64,000 nt of DNA from Escherichia coli (GTDB lineage: Bacteria; Pseudomonadota; Gammaproteobacteria; Enterobacterales; Enterobacteriaceae), in NCBI RefSeq assembly GCF_044647545.1, contig NZ_CP172818.1. One strand, given 5' to 3'. Position 1 is the stretch's first letter. Each line of letters begins with the position of its first letter. This document shows, piece by piece, positions 42,494-53,900 of this stretch. Both the position numbers and the translations under genes were made by a program. Below the pieces are notes generated by a model. That model saw only the letters and a program-made list of their open reading frames with translations. It ran no database searches and was not told the origin of the DNA.

Positions 42494-44773
42494 TTAATTT
42501 GATGGTTCTAATTCAACCGGAATACTTTTATAGCCAGGAATGCCACTTAATGGATCGTGGTTATCAAGTGTTAGCATGTGATTCGATTCTGGAAAATAGG
42601 TCACCAGTGAGCGGTCAGCCATAGGGTAAATGACCACTTTTAATCTATCCATGCGTCGTGAGCTACGTTTACCGTCTGGCGTGAGTGCAATAAGATTAAC
42701 TCTTTCGCCGTTTTTTACACGGCAAATTTTAGCTTGTTTAGCACTCATAAAGACCACATCTCGTTGACCGAATACACCTCGATAGCGATCATCCATACCA
42801 TAAATCGTCGTGTTGTACTGATCGTGGCTGCGTACTGTCGCCATGACCAGTTTACTGTTAAACGCTGAAGAGGGATCTTCTAACAGCCCTTTGCTGGTAA
42901 TGAAATTAGCCTTACCTGACGGCGTCATCCAGCGCCTTTCAGCAGCTGCGTTTATCAGGTGAAAACCACCAGGATGACGGATGCGCTGGTTATAGTCGGC
43001 AAACTCTGGCAGCACAGCTTCAATGTCATTGCGAATGCGATCATAATCTTCCACCAGATACTCCCAGGCTACCACGCTCTGGGGTAGTGCTGCCTGCGCG
43101 ATTCCCGCGACCACTGCACACTCTGATTTCAGCATTACACCGGCGGGTTTTAACACACCACGCGAGGCATGAATCATCGACATTGAATCTTCAACGGTTA
43201 CCGCCTGCGCACCGCTTTTTTGCATGTCAATCTCGCTACGTCCCAGAACCGGCAGAATATAGCTATGCCGTGCGGTCAGCAGATGAGAGCGGTTAAGCTT
43301 AGTGGCTACGTGTACAGCCAAATCTAATTGCGTTAACGGTACAGCGCTCGCTTCCCGATCTGGCATTGCCAGCGCAAAGTTGCCCCCCATGCAGATCAAT
43401 GCTCGAGCTTGCCCCGTACATATTGCTTGCATGCTGGCAATTGCAGCATGTCCAGGTGCATGAGGTGGGGTGAAACCATAGCGCTCACCCAGGCGAGCCA
43501 GAAACTCTGCAGACGGTTTCTCGGTGATACCGACGGTTCGGTCGCCCTGTACATTAGAGTGACCTCGTAGTGGGCAGATGCCCGCACCAGGCTTGCCAAT
43601 GTTACCTTTCATCAACAGCAGATTGACCAGTTGCTGTACATTCTGGGTACCATGTTCGTGCTGAGTGATCCCCATTCCGTAACAGATAATGGTGCGGTCG
43701 GCAGCGGCATATGCATCAGCCAGTTCGGCGATTTGAGTCTGACTTAGTCCAGAAATACGCTCGATATCTTTCCACTCGGAATTGAGAACGTCACGGCGTA
43801 GCTCGTCAAAGCCGACGGTATGCGTTTGAATAAATTCGTCATCCAGCAATGAGGGCCGACCTGCGGCGCTTGCAGCATCATCGCGCTCAATTAACAGGCG
43901 CATCATCCCCTTGAGCAACGCCATATCACCACCAATGCGCACGTTGTAGTAGGCACTGGCCAACTGAGTCTCAGAGTTCGTCAGCATTTCAAACGGGTTT
44001 TGCGGTGCGGTAAATCGCTCCAGGCCACGTTCCTGTAGAGGATTGATGGCGATCATTTTCGCTCCCCGTTTCACTAAAGCGCGCAACGAACTCAGCATGC
44101 GAGGGTGGTTTGTACCAGGGTTATGCCCAATGCAAATGACTAAATCGCATTTCTCAAAGTCTTCCAGCAACACGGTCCCTTTACCTACACCGATACTCGC
44201 TGCCAAACCCACACTGGTCGGTTCATGGCACATGTTGGAGCAGTCGGGGAAGTTATTGCTCCCGTATTCACGGGCAAAAAGCTGATAAAGAAAGGCAGCT
44301 TCATTGGAAGTGCGGCCCGAAGTATAGAATTCAACCTGATTGGGATCACTATAGCTTTGAAGGCGTTCGCCAATTTCGTCGAAAGCTTGTTGCCAGCTTA
44401 ATGGCTTGTAACAGTCGCTGACGGCATCATATTTCAAAGGCTGGGTGAGACGCCCCGCAGCCTCAAGCTCGTGGTCTCCCCAGGTAAGTAATGATTGAAC
44501 CGTATTCTCAGCAAAGAAAGAGGCGTTTACCTGCTTATCCGTGACTTCCCAGGCGATTGCTTTTGCGCCGTTTTCACAAATGTCGAATGACGCACTGTGC
44601 TTAGGATCTGGCCATGCACAACCCGGACAGTCAAAGCCCTCTGGCTTATTCATGTCAAACATGGCAATAACATCCTGGCGTATATCCATCTGCTTACGTA
44701 CTGCATTCGCTACGGATTTAACAGCACCCCAACCACCGGCAGCCCCCTGGTAGGATTCAATTTTTTTCTTCAT
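42494..44773 (-). CDS. ydeP: molybdopterin oxidoreductase-family acid-resistance protein
   Basis: 759-aa ORF, formate-dehydrogenase-like. Confidence 0.92.
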   Translation of the reverse strand: MKKKIESYQGAAGGWGAVKSVANAVRKQMDIRQDVIAMFDMNKPEGFDCPGCAWPDPKHSASFDICENGAKAIAWEVTDKQVNASFFAENTVQSLLTWGDHELEAAGRLTQPLKYDAVSDCYKPLSWQQAFDEIGERLQSYSDPNQVEFYTSGRTSNEAAFLYQLFAREYGSNNFPDCSNMCHEPTSVGLAASIGVGKGTVLLEDFEKCDLVICIGHNPGTNHPRMLSSLRALVKRGAKMIAINPLQERGLERFTAPQNPFEMLTNSETQLASAYYNVRIGGDMALLKGMMRLLIERDDAASAAGRPSLLDDEFIQTHTVGFDELRRDVLNSEWKDIERISGLSQTQIAELADAYAAADRTIICYGMGITQHEHGTQNVQQLVNLLLMKGNIGKPGAGICPLRGHSNVQGDRTVGITEKPSAEFLARLGERYGFTPPHAPGHAAIASMQAICTGQARALICMGGNFALAMPDREASAVPLTQLDLAVHVATKLNRSHLLTARHSYILPVLGRSEIDMQKSGAQAVTVEDSMSMIHASRGVLKPAGVMLKSECAVVAGIAQAALPQSVVAWEYLVEDYDRIRNDIEAVLPEFADYNQRIRHPGGFHLINAAAERRWMTPSGKANFITSKGLLEDPSSAFNSKLVMATVRSHDQYNTTIYGMDDRYRGVFGQRDVVFMSAKQAKICRVKNGERVNLIALTPDGKRSSRRMDRLKVVIYPMADRSLVTYFPESNHMLTLDNHDPLSGIPGYKSIPVELEPSN

Positions 44774-45021
44774 CTACTTATCCTGTGTGGAAATGAATTA
44801 TTAGGATTTGAAATAGCGATGATGCACAGTATATACAAAGGGATTATCGTCAATATGGATATATAAGAGTAGGGGACTACTCTCTTTCTATTTTTAATCT
44901 ATTATCGTTAAATAATAGAATGGTATAAATACGATAAGTTAAGCATCATCTCTCATAGTGTTTAAATTAACATGTTTTTCAATATAAAAAATAAGACTCT
45001 GGCGTTAATTGTGCGCGGATT

Positions 45022-45041
45022 TTCTTACAGGTGTAGGATAA
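45022..45041. promoter_or_regulatory. EvgA-box-like inverted repeat upstream of ydeP
   Basis: ttcttacaggtgtaggataa; shares TTCTTACAG[C/G]TGTAGG with the safA upstream motif. Confidence 0.6.
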
Positions 45042-45111
45042 TAGCCTTCACAAAATAATTATCCGCGCAATTTTCGCGAATGGAGCGCATAGACTAAGGT
45101 CAAAATCACAA

Positions 45112-46026
45112 TTATTCATAGATAAAAGTGACACCAATGACTGACTGGACGGTTCCGGCTGCAACCTTGTTTCCTGTTTGTCCATAGGTTGCGCTTAAAC
45201 CCAGAGGTACTTTGCTTTTATTTACTGTCCCCAGGGAGACATTTTCTCCCGTTGCCAGTATTTTTCCATTACGTATCAGAGAGACACCCACTCCCGATGC
45301 TTTTGTTGCATCAGGTGCCGTGTTAGCAAACACTTGTCGGGCACTGTCAGTGGTGGCACCCGAAAGATAAAATGAGAGCTTTTGTTCGCTTGAGCAATAT
45401 ACGCCAAGGGGTATTTCTGCGCTTCCAGGAAAGTCCGGGAGATCCACGGTGACATTACGACTATCAACAGTGCAGCCGCCTGTTGGCATAACAACACTGT
45501 TATTTGAAATAATATTCCACGTAAAATTACGCGGATTTCCGCTTCCTAACGTGGCAATTTTATACATATGAATACGGGCAATAACTTCCCCGGCTTTTAT
45601 GACAACTCCACCGGCCGCCCCGACTGGGGTAATATAGAGTTTTAACGGTAATGGCATCGGTGTCTTATCACCAATATCCAATACGTTGGTATTTGTCGTC
45701 AACGGGAAGGGGTAGGTCACATTATTCCAGTACAGCGATCCCTTATATGACTGTAGAGAGCCTGCGAAAGCTGAGCCTTGTACCAGGTTTATATGATCAG
45801 TGTCGTACCAGCCGCCGTAATCATTCCAGCAACTTATATGCTGAGACAAGTCTACAACCAGATTCTGGCCCGGCTGTATTACAGGGTCGAGATTAACATA
45901 AACAGAGGTTGTACCAGCTCCAATACTTGACCCGCCATCGACATTACAACTGAAGGCAAAAACTTTACCTGCCATTAATAGAAAATAAATACCGAACAGG
46001 ACCTTTATACTGATTGTTTTACCCAT
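45112..46026 (-). CDS. ydeQ: fimbrial adhesin-like protein (FimH-like)
   Basis: 304-aa ORF with a signal peptide, last gene of the fimbrial cluster. Confidence 0.85.
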   Translation of the reverse strand: MGKTISIKVLFGIYFLLMAGKVFAFSCNVDGGSSIGAGTTSVYVNLDPVIQPGQNLVVDLSQHISCWNDYGGWYDTDHINLVQGSAFAGSLQSYKGSLYWNNVTYPFPLTTNTNVLDIGDKTPMPLPLKLYITPVGAAGGVVIKAGEVIARIHMYKIATLGSGNPRNFTWNIISNNSVVMPTGGCTVDSRNVTVDLPDFPGSAEIPLGVYCSSEQKLSFYLSGATTDSARQVFANTAPDATKASGVGVSLIRNGKILATGENVSLGTVNKSKVPLGLSATYGQTGNKVAAGTVQSVIGVTFIYE

Positions 46027-46085
46027 GATATATCCTAAGGTTAAAAAATTGATTTAAAAAGAAGGCTAAGAAAATCGAATCGACG

Positions 46086-46589
46086 TTATTGCCAGGTGTA
46101 GATCACATTGATTAGCGCCTCGATCGTTCCCTGGCTTGCGTTTCCATTCACCGTGATAGCTCTTGCCTTAAGTGGAAACTGTGCATTACGAGTGATCTCA
46201 TCAACAATAACCGTTTTGCTATCGCCATTTTTTAACGTCGCATCCTGGTCATCCCTCAGCTCTATCTGAATATTTTCGGCAGTACCTTCATTTTTGTAAT
46301 AACCCGTATTGTCAGTTGAACCTGTCACGATTGCCGTCACTGCACTTGTTTCAATCGGACAATCGGTTAATGACAAAGTAATATTGTGCCAGCCAGATGC
46401 AGAACCAGGTTGTTGCAGATTGCGTGTATAAAGATCCCCGAGATTAACGTTAGCTTCTTTGGTTTGAATAGTGCATGGTTTAGCGACTACCCGACCATTA
46501 ACAGTGATAGTGACATCGGCGGCCTGGAGAGTTGCTGTGAATAATGTGCAAAACGTAGCTAACAGGAACCTCTTGTGAAGTCTTTTCAT
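46086..46589 (-). CDS. ydeR: fimbrial minor subunit (FimG-like)
   Basis: 167-aa ORF with a signal peptide. Confidence 0.85.
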   Translation of the reverse strand: MKRLHKRFLLATFCTLFTATLQAADVTITVNGRVVAKPCTIQTKEANVNLGDLYTRNLQQPGSASGWHNITLSLTDCPIETSAVTAIVTGSTDNTGYYKNEGTAENIQIELRDDQDATLKNGDSKTVIVDEITRNAQFPLKARAITVNGNASQGTIEALINVIYTWQ

Positions 46590-46601
46590 ATCTGACTCTG
46601 A

Positions 46602-47132
46602 TTATTGAAATTCAAGGGTAAAGGTTGCCGAAGCGCTCACCAGTCCAGGATTGACGGACTTCTGAGTTGACTTCAAACGAGCGGAGTAAGGCAAAATATT
46701 GTTCTGTTCTGGTACCAATGGGATCCACTGCATCCCGGCATGAAGGTCATTCAATTTCACCGGACGCATATTTCCGTCCAGTATTTCTATACCCAAACCG
46801 GAGGCCGTATTGCTTCCTTCATCCAGTTTCAACAGAGTATTATTTTCTGCATCCTCAATACCGTTAAATGCAACCCGAACTCCCGTTGTCCCTTTGCTGC
46901 ATTCACTTAATGTAATCTGAAAAGGGACGGCTGGACTTGTGCTACCGGTCGTTGGAAATTGTCTGGCACTGTTTTTTTGGAGATCTACGGTAAAATTAAG
47001 CGAATCCGATGAGACTGTGCAGCCATAATCGAGGACGCGCCCGCTAATTTTAATAACGCTATCTGCGGATAAAGCAGAATAGGTGGTTAACCCCAGACAT
47101 AAACCGAGGAAAATAATGTTATTGTATTTCAT
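46602..47132 (-). CDS. ydeS: fimbrial minor subunit (FimF-like)
   Basis: 176-aa ORF with a signal peptide. Confidence 0.85.
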   Translation of the reverse strand: MKYNNIIFLGLCLGLTTYSALSADSVIKISGRVLDYGCTVSSDSLNFTVDLQKNSARQFPTTGSTSPAVPFQITLSECSKGTTGVRVAFNGIEDAENNTLLKLDEGSNTASGLGIEILDGNMRPVKLNDLHAGMQWIPLVPEQNNILPYSARLKSTQKSVNPGLVSASATFTLEFQ

Positions 47133-47145
47133 AATCTATTGTTCC

Positions 47146-48294
47146 TTAGCGACAGATTGCTGTCTGCTGGTTCAGTAAGGTACCAGGAGAAACTTCAGGA
47201 AGCTTGTACTCGACAATACAGTTTGAGTTTTTATCTTTGCCCCATGAAACCTGTAATTTCCCTGACTGTGGAAGTCCAGTCAGATAAACCTGACCGTTTT
47301 CCGCGACAATGCTGCCATTTTTATTCTGTCCATGTGTGACAATTGCACCGAATGGAACGCTCTTATTACCGTACTTCAACGTCATTAATACTTTCCCGCC
47401 GATTTGTGCATTAAATGTTGCTCTGGCAATAGCACCGTGAGTTGGGATGACAGTGACAACGGTTTCATCCAGTTCAACATTATCTGCAAGGGAATTCGCG
47501 TTAAGAGCGACACGATTTTCTCTATATTCTGTCGCAAATGGTAATATGGCATAGCCACGCCAGTCGGTATGAATACCGGTCTGGTTCTCTATTTTGACAT
47601 TATCAGCGCCAGGAGCCTTAACCAGAACCATTGTGTCGCCCAGCGGCTGTCCAAAGGTGATGCCATCAGCATGAGCAATAATGCCACCACTCATTCCGTA
47701 ATAAATCTGGCTGCTGTCACCACTCCGACTGTAACCGATATTCGTATTACCGTAAGCTCCACGATAATTAAGAGAACTGTAACCACTGGTGCCAGACGAT
47801 GTATTACCCCCGTGGGTGTTACCGACCTGAACACTATAATTCAGGTTATTATCCGGCAGCAGAGTGCCATAAACTCCCGATAGATTGGTCATGCCGCCTT
47901 TCAAATCGTTTGACATACTGTAACTGGCGTTTGAGTTACGAAATGTCGACTGACTGTCTGTACGCATCCAATGACTGAAGGGAACATTAAGCGTAAAAGC
48001 AAGTAAATGATCCCGATCGTTTTGCCATATATTATTGGAATAGCTGTAATTCAGCGAAGTCGTAATATCACTAAACGGCACATTTAATCCAAATGATATT
48101 TGCTGGTCGCTGCGTGACGTGTTCCAGTAACTTTGGCGACTGGCACTGAAAAATGTCGTACCGTAATTTCCAAGCTGCTGAGAGATGCTTATTTGTTCCT
48201 GACCACGCTTACTGTAGAACAGATTAAAATAATCAATAAATTGTGTCTGCTCATTGCTGTCTCCGGTAGGAGGCTTGACGGTGTAACCACTCAT
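47146..48294 (-). pseudogene. ydeT: C-terminal fragment of a fimbrial usher (FimD-like), N-terminal half missing
   Basis: 382-aa ORF beginning at an internal Met with no signal peptide; ushers are typically over 800 aa. Confidence 0.8.
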
Positions 48295-48546
48295 TCGACT
48301 GTAGGCACTGTCGGATAAGTTATAAAAACCTTGCGTAGAATAGCGATATCCTGCGACCTGGATATTGGTTCCACAACAAGTTTATTGCAGCACTTGTTGA
48401 AGAGAGTATTTGCAAAGACATTTTATGTCGCTAAATAACATGACGATTTCATTATGCATGTTATTTATAAACCGTGACTAAACAGAATATTATTGCGAAC
48501 AAGGGAAGTGTCAGGAAAGGTCAAGAGCGACCAATGGCTTATATGG

Positions 48547-48975
48547 CTATAAATCATTAGCTATAGTTAATGTTTGCCTGGTGTAACTAACACGGAATTG
48601 CTCTAAACAGATAAGTGCAGGGTTTATTAAAGCTGACCGACAGACTTTCTTAACCTGGTAATATCTCTCAGGTGACTCTCCAAACATCCGCGAATATTCC
48701 CGACAGAAATGGGATAAGCTTTCGTAACCGACAGCATAGGCTGCAGTGGTGACATCGTAATGTTCATTCAGTATCAGTCGCCTGGCTTCATTGAGGCGTA
48801 GCCATTTCTGATACCGGAGTGGACTCATTCCCGCAAGCTGTCTGAAGTGTTGATGGAAAGGGGGGCGTTCATTTGCACGCGGTTTGCCAGCCTGACTCTT
48901 CAACGCAGGGAAGATGCGGCAAACGGCAAACCTGCATACCAGCCAGCCTATATCCGGTATGCACAGGCCAATCAT
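48547..48975 (-). pseudogene. yneL: AraC-family regulator fragment (HTH region only)
   Basis: Short ORF carrying only an AraC-type HTH segment (LAGMSPLRYQKWLRLNEARRLI...). Confidence 0.65.
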
Positions 48976-49159
48976 GAAAGAGGAGAGGCTTTATGTTCTG
49001 GAACCCTGAAGTAATAACGACGACCGGAAAATCGCTTCGCATCACTCAAATCCAATTTAACATAATATACATTATGCGCACCAACATAAACCAAGGAAGA
49101 ATCCAGTCGTTGGCGGTCATGATTGTCCTGCTCATTAACAACGACCAAAACCCCATATC

Positions 49160-50482
49160 TTACTTAATACCGTATTCTCGGCTTAACCGGTCGTGCAACC
49201 TCAACACATTGGTTTCAACTGCCGTCACCACGTTCTCCGGAAAATCTGTCGGTAATGAAGTCTTCACGTTATCCAGTGCTGCTGGAATCATTCTGGCAAA
49301 GTCACTCAGGATTTCATGCATCTGCACTTCCGGGAATCTCAGCACCTTTGCTGTCGCCAAAAAATGTCGCGGATAAATTTTATCGATTGCCGTTTTTTTG
49401 CCTTTGGATGCGTTAAGCCCCATTGCCAGTTTGAGATCGCTGATGTGTATTCCCGTACCGCCAAGGACCGGAAATGCTGAAATGATGTCGTAAAATGGCG
49501 TGAGTCGATAACTGCCGCCAGCCTGAATAAATACGGAGAAGTTTTTTGCATGACCGTCCGTTGCGCCAATCAACCACTGGAAGACCTGGAATTTCATAAA
49601 ATCATAGCGATCTTTCAGCGCCTCGCTGGACCCCATCAAAAAAGCCATGATCCGCGCGATGCCTGGGCCTCCATCTGATTCATATTTCACCGATGAAGGT
49701 AAACCGAATGTCTGACACATATCCTCCTGTGGCAAGCGAAGTAAAACCGTTCGCTCAGCATTCCAACGCCTGTCAAAACGTTCGACCGCTAACGCGCGCA
49801 CATTTCCCGCTTTAATGATTTCTGCGTCCGGAACATTCAACCCAAGTTCTTTCGCCAGCAGCAGACAGTAATACTCATTATCAACGCTTTGGCTGAGATC
49901 GAGCGTCGCATTGGGCTGCCTGATTTCGCCAATCGGTAATTTAATGATGTGCGTCGTCGGCGTTATTCCTTTCGGAATGCACCAGTCATTGCCTATTCTG
50001 AGCAGTGCTGTCTTCTCCTGTGCGCCAGCAACCGAGATGCGAAAGTCATTTTCTTCTCTAATCATGCCTAGCGGGATATCTGCTTTATAAGCCGTTAATA
50101 CTTCTTCAAGTCTGGCTTCAGTAAGCTTTTCCCATGCCATTATCGGATGCGTTACGGTTTCGTCTTCGGGTATTAACGTCACGGCACCAACGCTGTCTCG
50201 CCCTATTTCTGACAATAAATCAAACGGTTGTCTGGATTTGGCATGATAACGTTTAACGATCCGGTCACGTACAATCGGGCTATCGGGTAACAGGTTATCG
50301 AAGAAGTTAAATACGGCATCAGAGGTGATATTCCCCCTCTGCAATGGCAGCGAAAGTGACAACGGTCTGGCATAACGGCTTGCTAACCACTCCGGTGCAT
50401 ACTTAAAGGTGTGCGCGCCGTTGGCTAACTTCGTTAACTCGCCTACCCGCTGGTTGTTCATCCAAGTGACAAGTTTAGGCAT
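49160..50482 (-). CDS. hipA: HipA serine/threonine kinase toxin
   Basis: Trimmed to MPKLVTWMNNQRVGEL (ATG at 50482-50480), 440 aa; overlaps the hipB stop by 1 nt. Confidence 0.95.
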   Translation of the reverse strand: MPKLVTWMNNQRVGELTKLANGAHTFKYAPEWLASRYARPLSLSLPLQRGNITSDAVFNFFDNLLPDSPIVRDRIVKRYHAKSRQPFDLLSEIGRDSVGAVTLIPEDETVTHPIMAWEKLTEARLEEVLTAYKADIPLGMIREENDFRISVAGAQEKTALLRIGNDWCIPKGITPTTHIIKLPIGEIRQPNATLDLSQSVDNEYYCLLLAKELGLNVPDAEIIKAGNVRALAVERFDRRWNAERTVLLRLPQEDMCQTFGLPSSVKYESDGGPGIARIMAFLMGSSEALKDRYDFMKFQVFQWLIGATDGHAKNFSVFIQAGGSYRLTPFYDIISAFPVLGGTGIHISDLKLAMGLNASKGKKTAIDKIYPRHFLATAKVLRFPEVQMHEILSDFARMIPAALDNVKTSLPTDFPENVVTAVETNVLRLHDRLSREYGIK

Positions 50483-50748
50483 TACCACTCCAGATTTTGC
50501 TGTTCTGTTGATTCTGGCGAGGCATTTTTCGCGTCGCATAGCGTCATTGAGAGTTCAAGCGACTGTAAAATCTTAAAAAATGTCGTGAGCGTGGTATTGT
50601 CAGGGTTGTTTTCGAAATTGGAAATCGTCGCCTGCTTAATACCAATTTTTTTCGCCAGCTCGCTCTGCGTCCAGCCATTTTGCTGGCGAACCAGTTTCAT
50701 TGCATTCGCCAATTGCGTTGGGCTATAGATCTTCTGAAAGCTCATCAT
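50482..50748 (-). CDS. hipB: HipB antitoxin (Cro/C1-type HTH)
   Basis: Trimmed to MMSFQKIYSPTQLANAMKLVRQQNGWTQSELAKKIG, 88 aa. Confidence 0.95.
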   Translation of the reverse strand: MMSFQKIYSPTQLANAMKLVRQQNGWTQSELAKKIGIKQATISNFENNPDNTTLTTFFKILQSLELSMTLCDAKNASPESTEQQNLEW

Positions 50749-50769
50749 GTCATACGTCCACAGCAAGTT

Positions 50770-50882
50770 TATCCGCTTAAGGGGATATTATAAGTTTTAT
50801 CCTTTAGTGAGGATAAGTCAATCTGGAAACACATCTTATCCGCTCTACGGGATAAACGCTGCGATATCCGCGATCGCGGATA
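50770..50882. promoter_or_regulatory. four HipB operators (TATCC-N8-GGATA) in the hipBA promoter
   Basis: Exact TATCC-N8-GGATA matches at 50770-50787, 50798-50815, 50837-50854 and 50865-50882. Confidence 0.9.
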
Positions 50883-50957
50883 AAAAGGAGGATTTAAAAG
50901 TCGTTTGAAGTCGGCAATATTAAGCCGCATGCATCTTCGACATGCGGCTTATACGGT

Positions 50958-53900
50958 TTACCAGCTATATTTCACACCCAGCATGCCCTGAGTATCGCTA
51001 TAGCCTTTATCACCTAGTTGCACACCGACATTCCCCCACAGGCTAAGGTTGTTATTTACTTTCGCCTCAACCCCGGTACGTACTTCACCGAGATTACGCG
51101 CACCATCACGGCTTACGGTTTGACCATTCATCTTCACGGCGTAGACTTTGCTGTTGTTGATCCAGTTCGCTTCAATGTAAGGCTGGAACTCACGCTGTTT
51201 ACCATTGTCACGCTGGTGTAGTCGTCAGCAGAACGGTTATCGGAACTGACGCTGTTATCAAACCAGTTATACAGCGCCCAGCTGTCAACATAAGCGCCGG
51301 TCTTATTCGCATCGTTCTGATACCAGGTCGCGTACAGTCCTGCGCTGTAACCGCTGATGCGCCCATCCGATTTATAACCCACATGATTACTCTGAGTATT
51401 ACTGTGCTGATTGGCATAGCCTGCCATGACGCCGAGATGCCAGCGATCCTGCGCGTTGCTACTCCACTGCGCCAAATCGCCGCCCTTGCCATATTAATGG
51501 CAGAGTCGGAACCGAAAGCAATTTCCCCCCCACGATATCCGTCGTACCCTGATACGCCGCGGAATCGTTGTTAAGAGTCAGGATCCCGGTACCCAGTTTT
51601 GTCACATCACCGCTACCGCTGATACTGTGCGTCATCGCCCAGCTACGCTCAGTGGAGATGGTGAGCAGGCCATTATTGATAACGGAAGCATCACCCAGGT
51701 TTTTCTGCTCGTTGACGCTGAGCGCGCTGCCTGTATCAATGTTGAATTGCCCCACAAAGCGGCTATTATCGCCATCCAGCTCTACATCTGTCCTGGCGGT
51801 TGCGCTCACGATACCCTTCCCGCTTATGCCATTGCGCAGTTCGCCAGTCACGTTTTTTAGCGTTAACAGACCGTTATTGGCAATATTTCCGCTGCCTAAC
51901 CCCTGCGTATTATCGAGGCTGACTTCCGCATTTGGGCTAATGCTGGTTAACGCATTGTAGCGTGCATTAAGCCCCTCGATAGCCAGCGTTCCCCCTGTAA
52001 CATTCAGGTTTCCGCCACCTGTCAGTTCACCCTGACTGATCCCACCTTTATTTACCGTCAGCGCCCCCTCTTTGAACAAAACAGTCGAACCCATCTGCCC
52101 GGTGAATGTCTCTACCGTCTGCGTCGATCCATTAAGATCGACGATGGCCGCGTTGCTGATGTTCAGTTCCCGGGTGTTGCCAAGTGCACCATCCGCATCG
52201 GTACGTAATGTCCCCATCTGAACGTAGGTTGCCCCCTGATAGTCGTTCTGAGCGTTGGAAAGCGAAACCTGTCGCACCGTATTGATTGCCAGATCCCCTT
52301 CACCACCGATTTTTGCCGACATATCGGCCGTTGCGCCATAGGCTCCGCCATGTTCGGCTAACGTCAGCTTTTGCCCTCCATGGATGTTCAGCGCTTTCAG
52401 CCCATAGTTAACGTACAAACCATCACCTGGTGCGGTCGTGAGGCGGAATCCATAATCACCCTCGGCGACCACCGTTCCGTTTTGCGCAATGTGTAACGTT
52501 TTGTCCGCTTCCACCTCGTCGCCCTGTAAATCACGTAACGTTAATGAGCCACCCGACCCAATAACCGTTTGCGCCTTCACCAGTTGAACGCCGACATGGC
52601 TATCATCGTGTTCCAGCAAATTGAGCGTCGTCAGAGGGTTATTCGCCATGGGATCATTCCACGGTTTAGGCACGTCGATAAGCACGTCGCCCGTCCCGTT
52701 TACCTTATAGTTACGGCCTTTCCAGGTGTAGTCACTCGCGCCGACAACCAGCGTATCGACGCTGATATATCCCTCTGCAAGCGTCGCAGCAGGAATATCC
52801 GTATCGAAAATGAGCGTACCGCCATTCATGGCCAGTCCACCAATGGATTGCTCTCCCACGTTTACCGATGTGGTATTTTCAATGTCAGACTGCAACATCG
52901 CGTGAGTAAGCGCAGCGGTGTTGTCGCGTTCCAGAGTGAAGGTACTGTCTTTCAGTTGGGCAACACCGGCGAATTCAGTCCCTGTTGCATGGGTAAAGCC
53001 AAACATCTTGTCGGAGGATGACAGCTGCACTCGCATCAAGCCATCGCCTTTGAGCGCATTGGTCAGCGTGTAATCTCCTGCGCTGTTCGTTGATGCGAGA
53101 ATGTCGAGCGTACCGGGGCTTGCAATGGTGACTTCACTCGAACCCATGCCTGTTACCCCATCTGCCGTATGTGACGCAATAGTCAGGAGGCCGTCATTGA
53201 CCAGCGTTTTACCGCTATAAGTATTCCCTGCATTGAACACCGTATGGCCTGCATCATGCATCACTTTTCCGTCTTTATCGTCACCCGTAATCAGCATATC
53301 GACCTGGTAGCCGGCATCACTGTTATTGGTATGATTAAAGACAAAAACGCCTTCGCCAAGACCAAACTCCACTTTCGTCGCATTGGTAATAAACCCGGCA
53401 TCTGCCGCTACCTCACCGTGAGCAGCACCAATGTTTAGCGTTCCTACAGCAGGCTCAAAAACACCTAAGTAAACTTCTCCACCTTCGACATTCAGCGTGC
53501 CGTTATTCGTCAGGGTTAACGTACCTGTGCCAGTCGTCCCTACGTTCATATTGAATGTTTCAAGAAGAGAGTTCTGCCCATCCACCCGCACGTCGCCCTT
53601 ACTTTTGTCATTCAGAGCTATCTGTGTATCACGCGCTTTAACTATACCTCCGGTGGTAATATTCAGTTCACCCGTGCCTAATACACCGACCTGTAGCAAT
53701 TGGGCGTTAGTAGATGACGTTTTTAAATTCCAGAGACTATGCGTTGAAATATTAACTATCCCCTTACCGGAGGCATTTCCTCCGATAAATCCATAGCCCG
53801 TTGAATTAAGGGTGGCACCATTACTGACATTTACGATGCCGCTACCAAAATTACCGACATTGATACCTACAGTATCGAACGATGATGTCGCATCCATCAG

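Noticed and set aside
50925-50949. Hairpin agccgcatg...catgcggct as a bidirectional terminator between yneO and the hipB promoter
   Set aside because: Good stem but no clear U-tract on either strand, so I did not list it as a terminator feature.
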